Assembly: GCA_964187785.1 (NCBI GenBank)
Contig: OZ076421.1
Coordinates: 54,436,001-54,500,000, forward strand
Reading direction: 5' to 3'
Origin: Amphiscolops sp. MND2022
Taxonomy: Eukaryota
Length of the DNA stretch: 64,000 bases
The notes beneath the pieces are model-generated. The model did not search any database. It saw only the letters and a list, made by a program, of their open reading frames with translations, and was not told the origin of the DNA. Positions within the stretch are counted from its first letter, which is position 1; each line of letters opens with the position of its first letter. A program made the position numbers and the translations under genes. This document shows, piece by piece, positions 11,701 through 23,846 of this stretch.

Positions 11701-14558
11701 TGCTTCAGGCCTTCCTTCCCCTGTCTGGTTCATCTGCACAACAGGACCAAGTATTACATCTCGTTTAGCCCAAGCGTAATTGCAACGGCGTTACTTTTGC
11801 TGGCTTTTTCCTCACCTGGAAATAAGTCATTTGGGCTCGTAGTAACGGATGCTAAGGTTTTTGGGATTCAATCTTTCGGGTAAAGTAAGCCTCACAACTC
11901 TCAGAATCAGTGTTCGACGATAGTTCGGCAATGGACCTTCTGTCTACTGGCACTTCGGCGACTTCAGGCTCCGGTATTTGGTCTACGAATTGCTGGTCAC
12001 TCTCCATTACTTCAGCGATGTCGTGAATTGCTTGGCCACTCATTTCTTTGCCTAAACGGAAAAAAAATTTGTGCGATCCACTTCCGCTGAAGAAGTCCAT
12101 CTTATCGCGTTCGAAAGCCTTTCGAAAGCGAGTTTATTTGTTGTTCAAACTTATGGTTGAATATTTCACGATACAAAAAGTGAACGCTTAGTCGATGGGA
12201 AGCCTTGATCAAGCTCAAAATTGTCAAATCAATTTAGAAGGACCAACTTGATGTTTGTCTAAATTGGCAAGCAGAAATTGAAAGTCAACTGGTGGGCACG
12301 TGATGTCAGTTGTCTTTTGATGGCAATAGAGAGCATGGGCAAGGGTTGAGCGCGCTAGGGATCCTGTATCCGTGTCCATGCCAAAGCAAGGGTCGTCCTC
12401 AGTATAGGACCGATATTCCATCAGTCCTCTGTCGACTCCTTGCTCAGACAAGCCAGTTGCTTCAGGCCTTCCTTCCCCTGTCTGGTCCATCTGCACAACA
12501 GGACCAAGTATTACATCTCATTTAGCCCAGGCGTAATTGCAACGGCGTCACTTTTGCTGGCTTTTTCCTCACCTGGGAATAAGTCATTTGGGCTCGTAGT
12601 AACGGATGCTAAGGCTTTTGGGATTCAATCTTTTGGGTAAAGTAAGCCTCACAACTCTCAGAATCAGTGTTCGACGATAGTTCGGCAATGGACCTTCTGT
12701 CTATTGGCACTTCGGCGACTTCAGGCTCCGGTCTTTGGTCTCCGGATTTCTGGTCACTCTCCATTACTTCAGCGATGTCGTGAATTGGTTGGCCACTCAT
12801 TTCTTTGCCTAAACGGAAAAAAAATTTTGTGCGATCCACTTCCGTTGAAGAAGTCCATCTTATCGCGTTCGAAAGCCTTTCGAAAGCGAGTTTATTTGTT
12901 GTTCAAACTTATGGTTGAATATTTCACGATACAAAAAGTGAACGCTTAGTCGATGGGAAGCCTTGATCAAGCTCAAAATTGTCAAATCAATTTAGAAGGA
13001 CCAACCTGATGTTTGTCTAAAGTGGCAAGCAGAAATTGAAAGTCAACTGGTGGGCACGTGATGTCAGTTGTCTTTTTATGGCATTAGAGAGCATGGGCAA
13101 GGGTTGAGCGCGCTAGGGATCCTGTATCCGTCTCCATGCCAAAGCAAGGGTCGTCCTCAGTATAGGACCGATATTCCATCAGTCCTCTGTCGACTCCTTG
13201 CTCAGACAAGCCAGTTGCTTCAGGCTTTCCTTCCCCTGTCTGGTCCATCTGCACAACAGGACCAAGTACTACATCTCATTTAGCCCAGGCGTAATTGCAA
13301 CGGCGTCACTTTTGCTGGCTTTTTCCTCACCTGGGAATAAGTCATTTGGGCTCGTAGTAACGGATGCTAAGGCTTTTGGGATTCAATCTTTTGGGTGAAG
13401 TAAGCCTCACAACTCTCAGAATCAGTGTTCGACGATAGTTCGGCAATGGACCTTCTGTCTACTGGCACTTCGGCGACTTCAGGCTCCGGTATTTGGTCTC
13501 CGGATTTCTGGTCACTCTCCATTACTTCAGTGATGTCTTGAAATGGTTGGCCACTCACTTCGTTGCCTAAACGGAAAACATTTTGTGCAGTCCACTTCCG
13601 CTGAAGAAGTCCAACTTATCGCATTCGAAAACCTTTCGAAAGCAAGTTTATATGTTGTTCCAACTTATGATTGAATTTTTCACGATGGAATAAGTGAACA
13701 CTTAGTGGATGGGAAGCCTTGATCAAGCTCAAAATTGTCAAAACATTTTAGAAGAACCAACCTGATGTTTGTCTAACTTGGCAAGCAGAATTTGAAAGTC
13801 AACTAGTGGGCACGTAATGTCAGTTGGCTTTGTATGGCAATAGAGAGCATGGGCAAGGGTTGAGCGCGCTAGGGATCCTGTATCCGTCTCCATGCCAAAG
13901 CAAGAGGAGTCGTCCTCAGTATAGGACCAAAATTCCATCAGTCCTCTGTCGACTCCTTGCTCAGACAAGCCAGTTGTTTCAGGCCTTCCTTCCCCTGTCT
14001 GGTCCATCTGCAATACAGGACCAAGTATTACATCTCATTTAGCCCAGGCGTAATTGCAACGGCGTCACTTTGGCTGGCTTTTTCCTCATTTGGGATTAAG
14101 TCATTTGGGCTCGTAGTAACGGATGCTAAGACTTTTGGGATTCAATCTTTCGGGTAAAGTAAGCCTCACAACTCTCAGAATCAGTGTTGCACAATGGTTC
14201 GGCAATGGACCTTTGGCCAATGGCAATTCGGTAACTTCAGGCTCCGGTATTTGCTCTACGGATTGCTGGCCACTCTCCATTACTTCAGTGATGTCTTGAA
14301 TTGGTTGGCCACTCATTTCGTTGCCTAAACGGAAAAAAAACTTTGCGCGATCCACTTCCGCTGAAGAAGTCCATCTTATCGCGTTCGAAAGCTTTTCGGA
14401 AGCAAGTTTATTTGTTGTTCAAACTTATGGTTGACAATTTCAAGATGGAAATGAAAATTTAGTCGTTGCGAAGCCTTGATCAAGCTCAAAATTGTCACAA
14501 TATTTTGAAAGAACCAACCTGATGTTTGTCTAAATTGGCAAGCAGAAATTGAAGTCAA
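7947..14558. repeat. Tandem array of 8 units of ~755-762 bp
   Basis: Unit junction gaaagtcaa|ctggtggg. Units: 7947-9252 (contains the MITE), 9253-10011, 10012-10773, 10774-11531, 11532-12288, 12289-13046, 13047-13802, 13803-14558. The same short ORFs (MSGQPIHD..., MQMDQTGEG...) recur in the units. Confidence 0.97.
7961..8503. mobile_element. Non-autonomous TIR element (MITE), Merlin-like
   Basis: 8-bp direct repeat GGCTCGTA at 7953-7960 and 8504-8511. Inverted ends GG..GTAAATAACTTCTA / TAGAAGTTATTTAC..CC, with longer subterminal inverted arrays. Internal ~40-bp and ~29-bp tandem repeats. The empty site matches other array units (ctggtgggcacgtRatgtcag). GG termini with an 8-bp TSD are Merlin-type features. 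Confidence 0.8.
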
Positions 14559-15584
14559 GTTTCAGCAGTTGAGTTTGGACCTCTGCTCTGTAAACCGCGG
14601 AAATTGCTGTTAAATGGGAATAGAAACTCTGGAGTCATATCGAATTTTTGAATTTAAGTCGAAGTAGGTCGAACAGTCTCACAGTCTAAAAAATGTGAAT
14701 CAGCAGGCGATGCTGCTACATCGACGAAAAGTTGCAAAAGATCAATCTGTTTCAATCCAGATAGCTAATCTGCCTCGGGATAATTAAAATAGGTGATTCG
14801 AATTAACATTGAAACAATGAAACTTATAAAGCTGACAAACTGGTTTACAATGTTCTACGTCAATTCGACCTCAGGTCTGTTTTACCTATAGTTATTTGTT
14901 ACTATCAAACTTCACTCTCAAGACGGCTAATTACACAATTATTAACATCCTAATTCAATCATGCAATAAAGGACGTCGTGGCTACATGTACATTGTATTA
15001 CCAGTCTAACAAATACAATCACTGAAAGTTGCGCTTTCATTATAATTCAGGGTGTTACCGAACCTGCCAGTGAAGTACACTCAACATTTAGACTGGTCAT
15101 GGTCATCATTTCTATCATTTGTATCCTTATTCTATTGCATTATTTCGATCTTTACCTCGGGTCGTCTTATTTCATGAGTATCCATTACTTTGCATATTAC
15201 TCAGAGATTTCATTCATAAACTTCATTTCTTTACCAATTGAATTTGATTGGTTAACTAGCCAAAGCTAGTCGCGCGGACCGGTGGCCTTTGAAGAATGTT
15301 AATGACAGAAAATTAGTGTTGGTAAACACTTTTACAAGTAAGTAACAACACTCCCACTGTTGATGAAACCACTTGATAGACCATCAAGGACCTTTAACTA
15401 GTGGGTACGTTCTCATCAAAAAGAGAAAACCTAGGTCGAATTACTAAAAAAGAAATTTCGGGAAATTTTTGGAAAGTTAGTTATCAGCTTCCCTTGCCAA
15501 AGTTTCCCGCGGAATTTGCTAGATTCGACCTAAGGTCCACTACCCTAAGGTCGCCATTCATCTCTATTTCATCCTATCAACCAG

Positions 15585-16508
15585 TTGACTCCGTCACTTG
15601 TCAAAATTGCCAAGAAATTTTTCTTAGAGAAATCCCGAGTGGAAATGTCACTACAGTTCACAGTAGAGGATTTAATCAATCCACTAGTAAGCCTATCGTA
15701 CCTTTCCTCGGAGAAAGAGATGGAGGTAGATGATCCCCCATCCATCATCGCGGTGCAAAGCAGTCACACTGACATAGAAGTCATTGCTTGTTACTCGGAG
15801 CAACAGCCCCAGGGGCCAATAACAGTAACAGGGCGCGGCATGACAACTGAGCTACCCAGCAGTGAAGATGACTTCTCTCTATACGCCGGACTCCACGGCC
15901 CATCGACTAAGGTGGACTCAGTACCAACCGATGAGGTGGTTGAATTAGTTCTGGGTAACTATCCTCCTCTCGATACCGCTAGGCCGATATACCAACAACC
16001 AATTGCTATATGCGGTCAGTTGGAGCCCTTACCTGATACTCCACAATCTCCTCCTGTCCATGAACGCGGTCAGAATTTCAGCCATTGGACTGACCCATGG
16101 GAGGAAGAGCAGTTCCAATATCAGCCGGAAAACCAGCATATAGGAAGAGGAGTAGCCGTCAGTACTAGTGGGATTTGTGGTAACCCAAATCAAATCTATC
16201 AGGGAGACTGTGCTGTTTGGGGCAATTCTTTCGACACTATCAAAGAGGATATCACCTTTGACTACCTAAAAAGGACCCACATGGCCGACGAAACCTACAT
16301 ATCACGTCTCAGAAGAAGAAAAGCATTCCAAGCAGGTATGGCGTTCATTCTTGTACAAGGGGAGTGTCGCAGGCTGCCGCCTGTGGCGGCAATCAATACC
16401 AGTTTGCGCCCAACCTTATGCCTCTTCCACAGGAGTATTACCACTACAGGACATGTGGACCACCAGTCCACGATTAGTACGATTTTAATCAACAATTCGA
16501 ACGTATAA
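15585..16508 (+). CDS. Orphan 307-aa ORF (likely start at MSLQFTVEDL); acidic/Pro-rich N-half, basic C-terminus
   Basis: Uninterrupted 924-nt frame that is visibly more GC-rich than its flanks. No recognisable domain. Confidence 0.5.
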   Translation: MTPSLVKIAKKFFLEKSRVEMSLQFTVEDLINPLVSLSYLSSEKEMEVDDPPSIIAVQSSHTDIEVIACYSEQQPQGPITVTGRGMTTELPSSEDDFSLYAGLHGPSTKVDSVPTDEVVELVLGNYPPLDTARPIYQQPIAICGQLEPLPDTPQSPPVHERGQNFSHWTDPWEEEQFQYQPENQHIGRGVAVSTSGICGNPNQIYQGDCAVWGNSFDTIKEDITFDYLKRTHMADETYISRLRRRKAFQAGMAFILVQGECRRLPPVAAINTSLRPTLCLFHRSITTTGHVDHQSTISTILINNSNV

Positions 16509-17062
16509 ATTGGCTTTATCATTCTTTTACACTCTCACGGACCTTAGGTCCGCGCAGCTAAGTACGACCTATAGTTGAAATGATATTTTGAATGTTAGTA
16601 TAACTTTGTTTAGAATAACTATTCAGTTTTGTTAGTACAACTTTTTAGAATTGATATAATTTTGTTCAATTGTTCATTTGTTATGATATGTACGTGTTTG
16701 ACATGTAAACCAGATGGCTGGAAGTTTCGATTGGAAGAAGAAAATATCAATTTGTAATACAAGGCAGCTGTAAAGTTATTTGGAAACGCGTTCAAATTGT
16801 CCCCCGCGTTTGTCATTTTGTACGCGGAGTACATCAAAAATCTAGCCAATAACAAGGCAGTATCGCAATTTTCATTTGGTTCCAATTAGTTATCTTGGAC
16901 TACCAGTCCGCTGCAAGTAAATGATGCTTACTAATATGTAAATAAACTAGCTAGAAATACTTGAGAATGAGACTTAAAAGGCGTGCCGCCTTTTGCCCCC
17001 CTTCTATCTGACGTACTCTTGTCCGAAACTGTTGCTACTTATAGTTACTCAAACAATGTAAT

Positions 17063-17310
17063 TGTGACGTATAGTTCAAAGGGAAACTTTCCCTGCGTTT
17101 GTTTCTACTTGTAGAACTATGACACTAGGAAAGATGCTTGTCATGGTCCCCTTAGTATATATACGAGGACCACGAGTCTCGAGGGAGAACCTTTTGAAAT
17201 ACCGATCACACAAATCATACACTGCAATTAAACTTGCATTTTAATCAATTTGTAACCACTAGTCTAATTGAATTGTTGAAACCTTTGTGGTTTATTCTGA
17301 TATCTGTTCA
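17063..17310 (+). mobile_element. Putative LTR of the downstream Gypsy fragment
   Basis: TG...CA-bounded ~250-bp segment with a TATATATA box (~17156) and AATTAAA, immediately upstream of the gag remnant. No second copy in the window to confirm it. Confidence 0.5.
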
Positions 17311-17379
17311 CTGTTGAATTTCTGTTCAGTTCGTAGTAAAAACAAATTCAAACAAAAGTTTTGATTGAAGACACACCAC

Positions 17380-19870
17380 TCTCAATGCTCTCGACTAGAA
17401 AGCAAAAGAAAAACGAAAAGTTTTTTAGACAATCGGACGTAATGTCTGATTTGGAGAATAAGAATGTTATGCTGGGAAACTACCCAGGGTATCGTTCATA
17501 TGAAGAAATAAATAAAAAAACTGAAATAGACTCAAGGGACTAGGACCGACATGACCAGAAATGGCGAACGCTTCAGATCACTATTGAATACTGTGGACAG
17601 GATTGAAAAATAGGTAACGGTTGATACTTCCCGGTTTCTTAGTACAGAAATATCACAAAAAGTGTCGAAGAAATTAGATGAACTAAGAAGAGATTTCAAC
17701 ACTCAAATACCAGAGTCAATAAACTCAGAAATTCAAGAAACTATACTTCCTTCGTTGCAAAAGTTGCTATCAGGTTTGAATAGTGTGTTAGGGACAAACG
17801 TGGACTCACGGTCTAGTCAACTAAGCAGGAACACCGAAGGTAGAAAGCACCAAAGTGCTTGGGCAAATACCCAAACCCCAATCCAAATGAACTCTCACAA
17901 TCATCCCCGTTCTAGAGATAGTTCACTGAGCTCCCTAGACTGCAGGGAAGACCCGCAGAGCCAGGATCATGTAAATCATGCGTCTCAAGACAACTCACAT
18001 TACGTCCAGGAGACCACTGGTCCCAATGCCACCTTTGGCCTACTCACACGCCTTGCAGACGTCTTGGTCGGCATGAACACTAAACAATCCCCACAAACAC
18101 TCATGGTACGACCAGTCAGTACTACCACATTGACATTTGATGGAAAATCTGAAAAAATTGAACTCTTTGAAGATCTTTTCCATACTATGGTTAAAATGCA
18201 ACCAGAAACGATTGAAACCATGAAGATTAATCACTTCTATTCCCTATTGCGCAAAAGTGCACTACAAACTTTCCGCAACATCAAACCTGCCAATCGGCAG
18301 ACGTTGAAAGAAGTACTAGCGGTTTTCAGACGAAAGTATGTCAAACCAGAATCCCAAGCAACTGCCAAGCACAGATGGCACAAATAGTGTTTGACCCAAA
18401 CACCATGATGTTGGCGGATATTCTTGAGGAACTTAATCAGGGAGCAGAAAATGCGTTTGACGAAAACGCGCAGGCAATGATAGACGGGCTTTTATACGCC
18501 GAATTGCCCACAAAACTCAGTCAAACAAGAGGTCAGTCAACATGACACGACTGGAAAATGCCTAATACGAAGAGATCTTCACCCATCTGAAATGCGAAAT
18601 ATAATTTAATGGACCTGAGGGAGCTGACGACATTCCTGTCCCTACAATATCTACCGCCCCTACAGCAACACGACCGGGAACTGGCCTTCTTTCTTCTGGC
18701 ATTGATCCAAATGTCACCTGCAACTATTGCGAAAAACGCGGGCATGTCAAAGACGACAGCTGAAAACTCAAAAGAAAGGAGGAACAAAAGCGCAATGACG
18801 GGCATGATACCAAGAAGGAATATCCAAAATGTCCAACTTGCGAAAGACGAAACACCCGTCGGAACGGTGTTGGAAAGGCGCTGGAGCCCACCTCAAGCCC
18901 AAAACCCTCAAAACGGAGGACGCCAAACACGACAATGCGTCCCCCAGCCAAAATGGTACCAAAAATAAGCAATCAACTTCTATCCTAAAAAACTCAAAAA
19001 ACAAGATTTGCAACGACTCCAATTTAATGAAAAATTACGTGTCGGACAGTATAAAATTTCTGAACCTCCTACTGTTTTTTACACTGAATATTATTCTTCA
19101 CTTAAGGGAATGTCAACAGTTGACTGGCAGCAGCAAATGAGAACCTTCCCTACTCAATTTCATACTTCGGACCACAGGGCCGACGGACTTGACTCGACTT
19201 CAGACTACATCCGCCCCCTCCTGACTACGGTGTTGACCCCTACTGGGACATTCAACTCTACAATCAGCATGATTTACACTTCTATAGCAATTGCACCAAA
19301 CCAAACGCACACATAGAACCCAAATGTCCTGTGACTGATAAGGCTCTAAATGATATCTTGACCAAAGCACTAGATGATGGCAAACGAAAACTGATCCTTG
19401 CGCTTTGTCAGCGCAAGATGAGCAAGAAGATCAATTCTGCAACTTTGAACCACAGGTCTCTTTGACTACAGCCGTCGAAGCACTATTTGTGAATACACCG
19501 GTCACCAGAAAGGGAGAACCAGACTACGTACTGCTGACAACCAACCTTGGATTCAAATACATACGACGAATGCTCTATTTTCCAATGGGTTTTGGCGATT
19601 CCAATGGGTTCCTTAGATTAGATGGCCTTGTAGACACGGGAGCTCTATCTAGCGCAATCCCTGAAGCTGATCTAGGTGAAATCCGTTTATTAGCCCCTCA
19701 GTCAATTGTCAAAGAGGGCCCAGCACCCAATTTCCAAATAATGGTAGCAAATGGGCAGTTGGAAACGCCGAGGAGCACTGTTGAGTTGATATTTGAGGTC
19801 GGCGACATAGAATTTCACGAAATTTTCATTGTAATGGAAAAACTGACAATTCATATCTCAATCATTCTTT
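17380..19870 (+). mobile_element. gag: Decayed Ty3/Gypsy gag-protease, 3'-truncated
   Basis: Capsid-like LTFDGKSEKIELFEDLFHTMVKMQP...FRRKYVKPESQATAKHRWH; frameshifted CCHC knuckle YPKCPTC/KTKHPSERCW (~18820-18880); aspartic protease LDGLVDTGALSSAI in ORF 19405-19872. No RT follows. Confidence 0.88.
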
Positions 19871-21754
19871 GAATCTGTTTCAGCAGCCGTATTATTGCTG
19901 AAATGGCGGCCATTGCCTCGGTTTGGCGACAGTTGTGCAATTGATAAAACAATTTAATCAGTGCCTCTCTGAAAAAGCAGCATAAAGACTCTACAATCAA
20001 ACTTTATACTTTGCTAACAGAAAATTTTCATGTCTAACAATGCAAATCTGCAAAGACGTTGACTTTTGTTGACTTCCTGTCAGATTTTTGCTGGCCAAAT
20101 AGGATTTTATAATAAAAACTTCCTTGGGAGCATGGTTCTCTTGATAAGATTTTACCTTGGTAAAATGGATACCATGATAATATCTTGACAAGATCTTAGC
20201 CAAGATTGTTCCAAGATCTTGCAAAGATCCTGGTAAGATATCCATGGAGTGCCAACTCGGGTAATAAAACCGATTCAGCGTTCAGTGAATCATATCAGAT
20301 GTCAAATGAGCAACCAATAGAAATTGTTTAGCTTGCTACATCAAATCTCAAGTAATGTGAACGAAGTAATAATTCAGATGAACGTTTTCTTTGTTGAAAA
20401 CAAAATAGTGCAGGCAGTATTTTAGTTGATGCTCATAAACGGAGCCGAAGAAATGAAATATTGGACACTTTCAATACTTCGCTTCACGTGACAGCCAATT
20501 CAGTGCACGTAGCTTGTGATTGTAAAGCGCTTTCATTTTGGAGGCCTGTGATAGGCTCAAAGTTTAGAACGATAGCATACGGTTCATTTAACACCTGATA
20601 TGCTTCTCTGATCGCGGAAACGGTGTAATTAACAAATGCGAATTCCATTAGTTACTGCATAATCCTCTACTGTATAACAGTTCTTTTTTGCAGTTTTGGT
20701 CTTCAATCTTGCGTTTGGTAAATCCTGCAAAATTCAATCTTTACAATTTTCAAAGTGAATGCTGACCGGATCGCATTGACTTCTGGTGTTTCTACAAACT
20801 TGGACGGACTTTCGGCTTACATATGCCGATGTGTCAATGACACAAACACCACCAGTAAGCGTTGCAAAAGAACCTTAAGTTCTCGAAGTGGTTGCTACGG
20901 TTTAGGAAGACGTTAATTTGTTTTAATATCTAGTTGATTGACTAAACCGGAAACACTTGGGCAATTTAGTGTCGTTAAGGATGTCTTTATAGTATTCCCT
21001 TTGATCTGTGTGTATGATGCGGTTAACAAACAACTCTTGAAAACACACATGGCGAATTGTTCCATTCTACTAGTCTCGGAGATAACTTTCTCGAAGCTGT
21101 GGGCTTTAGTTATCAGTAAACTGCAGTTGGTAATAAATGCAGAGCTTGGTTTAGTCGAAAGATTGCTATACTCAAACTGCGCAGTTTCTAATCCATCCAA
21201 GTTAGTACTCATTTCATGAGAGAATATAAACAAGTAGTTTTTGCGAATTACAAAAACTAAGTCTTACAAGAGGCGTAATGTGACTGAGATACTTTTGGCA
21301 ATCATCTTACAAGACTCTTGTTTTTGGGGAAACTTCATGCACTTTTCAGCCTCAAGTGTTTGGCCGAAAAAGCAACCGCATTATATAAAATGAAAAACAG
21401 TGGATAGATGCGAAAATTACTTGATAACGTTTGCAGATTGCTTTTCGTTTCAAAACGGTATCCACTAAAAGCATTAGTGTTTACGGGCATTGTGGTTCTC
21501 CAAACCACGTTACTCAGTGGAATGCAAAGAAACTTTCAGCCCTAAACTATCCCTAACCGTTTGATGGCATTACACAACAGACCTTGGTAAATGATGATTG
21601 CAATAATATTCATACTGAAAAATAGGTTATTTTACGGCGTTCGGTTCTAAATAAATGGACTACTTTGTCAAACAATGTTTCATGTTCTCAACAAAAAGTA
21701 GTTCATGCTCTCGCCATGACTAGGGAAAGCAAAAAACCACGTGCCTACATGTTA

Positions 21755-22150
21755 AAAACTCACGCACTTATTCACGCTATTTTGAATTGAAAATCACGCT
21801 AAAATCACGCACAAAAAATCGGAAAAATTCAATCTAATTCCTCAGAATTTATATACAAAATAGCAGAGCAGTTGTTTGATAAATTCTGGGTCCAAAGTTC
21901 GGCGGTCTGTTGTGACAATATTTGAAATCTAGAATACCATAATTCTAGAATTCTTCAAAACCATTATATTCCGCCAATTCCGCCTAGTTCCTTTTTTTGT
22001 TCTATATTTTCCGATTTTCTAGAATATTCTAGAATAGTTACTTCAAAGCCATCATTTTCCGACAATTGATAGTTCCGCTGAAAAATCACGCCATGTCACG
22101 GTGCAATTTGATTGACTAGAAAATCACGCGCGTGATTTTATGCTGGCCTT
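21755..22150. repeat. Low-complexity element with AAATCACGC/CTAGAA motifs and a terminal palindrome
   Basis: Repeated aaatcacgc; perfect 20-bp palindrome AAAATCACGCGCGTGATTTT at 22120-22139. Confidence 0.5.
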
Positions 22151-22689
22151 ATCCACGAGTAGCCTCTGTTTTATTGCGATTCGGTTGAGTGTTTGATGGA
22201 TATGGTAACCAGATTTTGTGTTGTTGCAGCAAACCCCAAATTGCTGCCGTTGTGCATCCAGTTATAACTGGCAGCCATGCATGGATCAGACAGCAACAGC
22301 CTGGATCAGCAGGCCTCAGACAGAAACAGAAATGTGTTGAAGGGTCTGATGGTGACTCTCGCACTGTACCTGTGGATGGCCACAGTTTTGTTGATTGTTG
22401 TTGACAAACAAAAAGACAGTCTCAATTTGTTACACATCGACGAAAAAACTGAACCATAGATTGTGTTAAAACTAACCAAAGTCCGCCCCGCTTCTCAATT
22501 TTTCATTAAATTGGTCAACTTCTTCTTTTTTTATCATTTTTGCAAAGCAGGAATAATATTGAAATCTGTTTCTTTCACCTTTTTTCCAGTAAAAATTTGT
22601 TTGTATCTACTGAAAAATTCAGATATTTTCTTCGGCAGGGAGTGTAAGCGTGAGATTTAAATTTCTCAAGCTGCCGACGACAATTCAAT

Positions 22690-23060
22690 TCTCGTGCGAT
22701 GGAACGAGCGAGTGATGATTATGCATTCGTACGCGGAATTCATTGAGATGAAGCGAGCGAATGTTCGTAATTATGCTTTCGTGCGCCGAGTTACTGAGAT
22801 GAAGCGAATGAGTGTTAATTATTTGTTCACCGAGAGCTTCGCCTGCATTCAAATGCGAAAGAGAAAGTTCGGCTACGCTTAGCAGTTATATTTGCTTTAG
22901 TCCGAGATATAAAGGCGGTTAAAACTGGTACAGTGATTAATTATGCGCTAAATAATGATTAAACAGGAGTGTATTGGTATTCCAGATATGATTCTATTAT
23001 TGCAAATGAAAGATTAAAGCAGAAATAATAGTGTGCCCCGCAGGGGCCTATTTGTTGTTT
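22690..23060. repeat. Interspersed repeat with an internal ~50-bp duplication
   Basis: gagcga..attatgc.ttcgt.cgc.ga.tt..tgagatgaagc occurs twice (about 22706-22806); short hairpin gccccgcaggggc at about 23035. Confidence 0.35.
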
Positions 23061-23846
23061 GTTGAAAAAACAACAACTATTCCAATTAACATTTCACATT
23101 ACTGTGACGTTCTATAACTTGAAAAACATTCATGAAACGTCCCCACCGGCAAACTAAAATTGAAATATTGGAAATTTTTCACCACTAAACTTGCAAAAAC
23201 AGTGACGCTTGTCAAATTCGGTTCATTCAGGTTCACTGGCCTCTACCGAATTGCGGTTCACAAACTGTCTAGATACTAGGAGTTGTTATTGAACAAACTC
23301 AAAATATATTAAATCTGATGCTACATTAACACAGTTGATACGCTACAATACATACGCATTAAACCAGAGTAATCGTTTTAATCCTATTCTTTTCTCTCAA
23401 TAGTTAGTTTAGTACAATAGAACAACCTTAACATGCTTTCTATTGTTTCGCAGCCCGGCTTTTAACCCCTTGACCACCTGTAATTGTATTTTTTCTTGCG
23501 CAATATTTACGCTGCAATACTACTTACAGAGCGACTTCAGGACACGCTGTGTCAAAAAAGCTTCGTCAATACTATCCTGCGTCATTAGGGTACACCAGAA
23601 CATGTTGGTGTGGATCTAATTTTTTGACCGCTGTTCGGGTCAACTAAAATTCTTTTCACGCCAAAAAGCATTTTCAGATGAAAAACCTCCCACCGATATT
23701 CGGTCACCTAGGGATCACCAATGGCTATCGGCGGAAAAAGTAACAAAATAAGAACGTCTAAAGTCGGCTCAATATTTAAGGCTCAAAAAGCGCACAGTTT
23801 TGAAAATAAGCTTAGCACTTTGTTCAAGGAAAACTCTCAAAAATGT

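Noticed and set aside
7947-14558. CRISPR-like or repeat-spacer interpretation of the array
   Set aside because: Units are homologous along their full ~757 bp, with no unique spacers and no cas-like genes; the context is eukaryotic.
4251-16908. TACCAGTC at 4251, 14999 and 16901 as element termini
   Set aside because: An 8-mer picked post hoc, all copies in direct orientation, with no TSD or TIR; no ends of the putative large DNA element could be defined.
19900-21250. Host gene in the 20-21 kb region
   Set aside because: Only short frames with stops and no recognisable motif or consistent splice model; may be a decayed gene.
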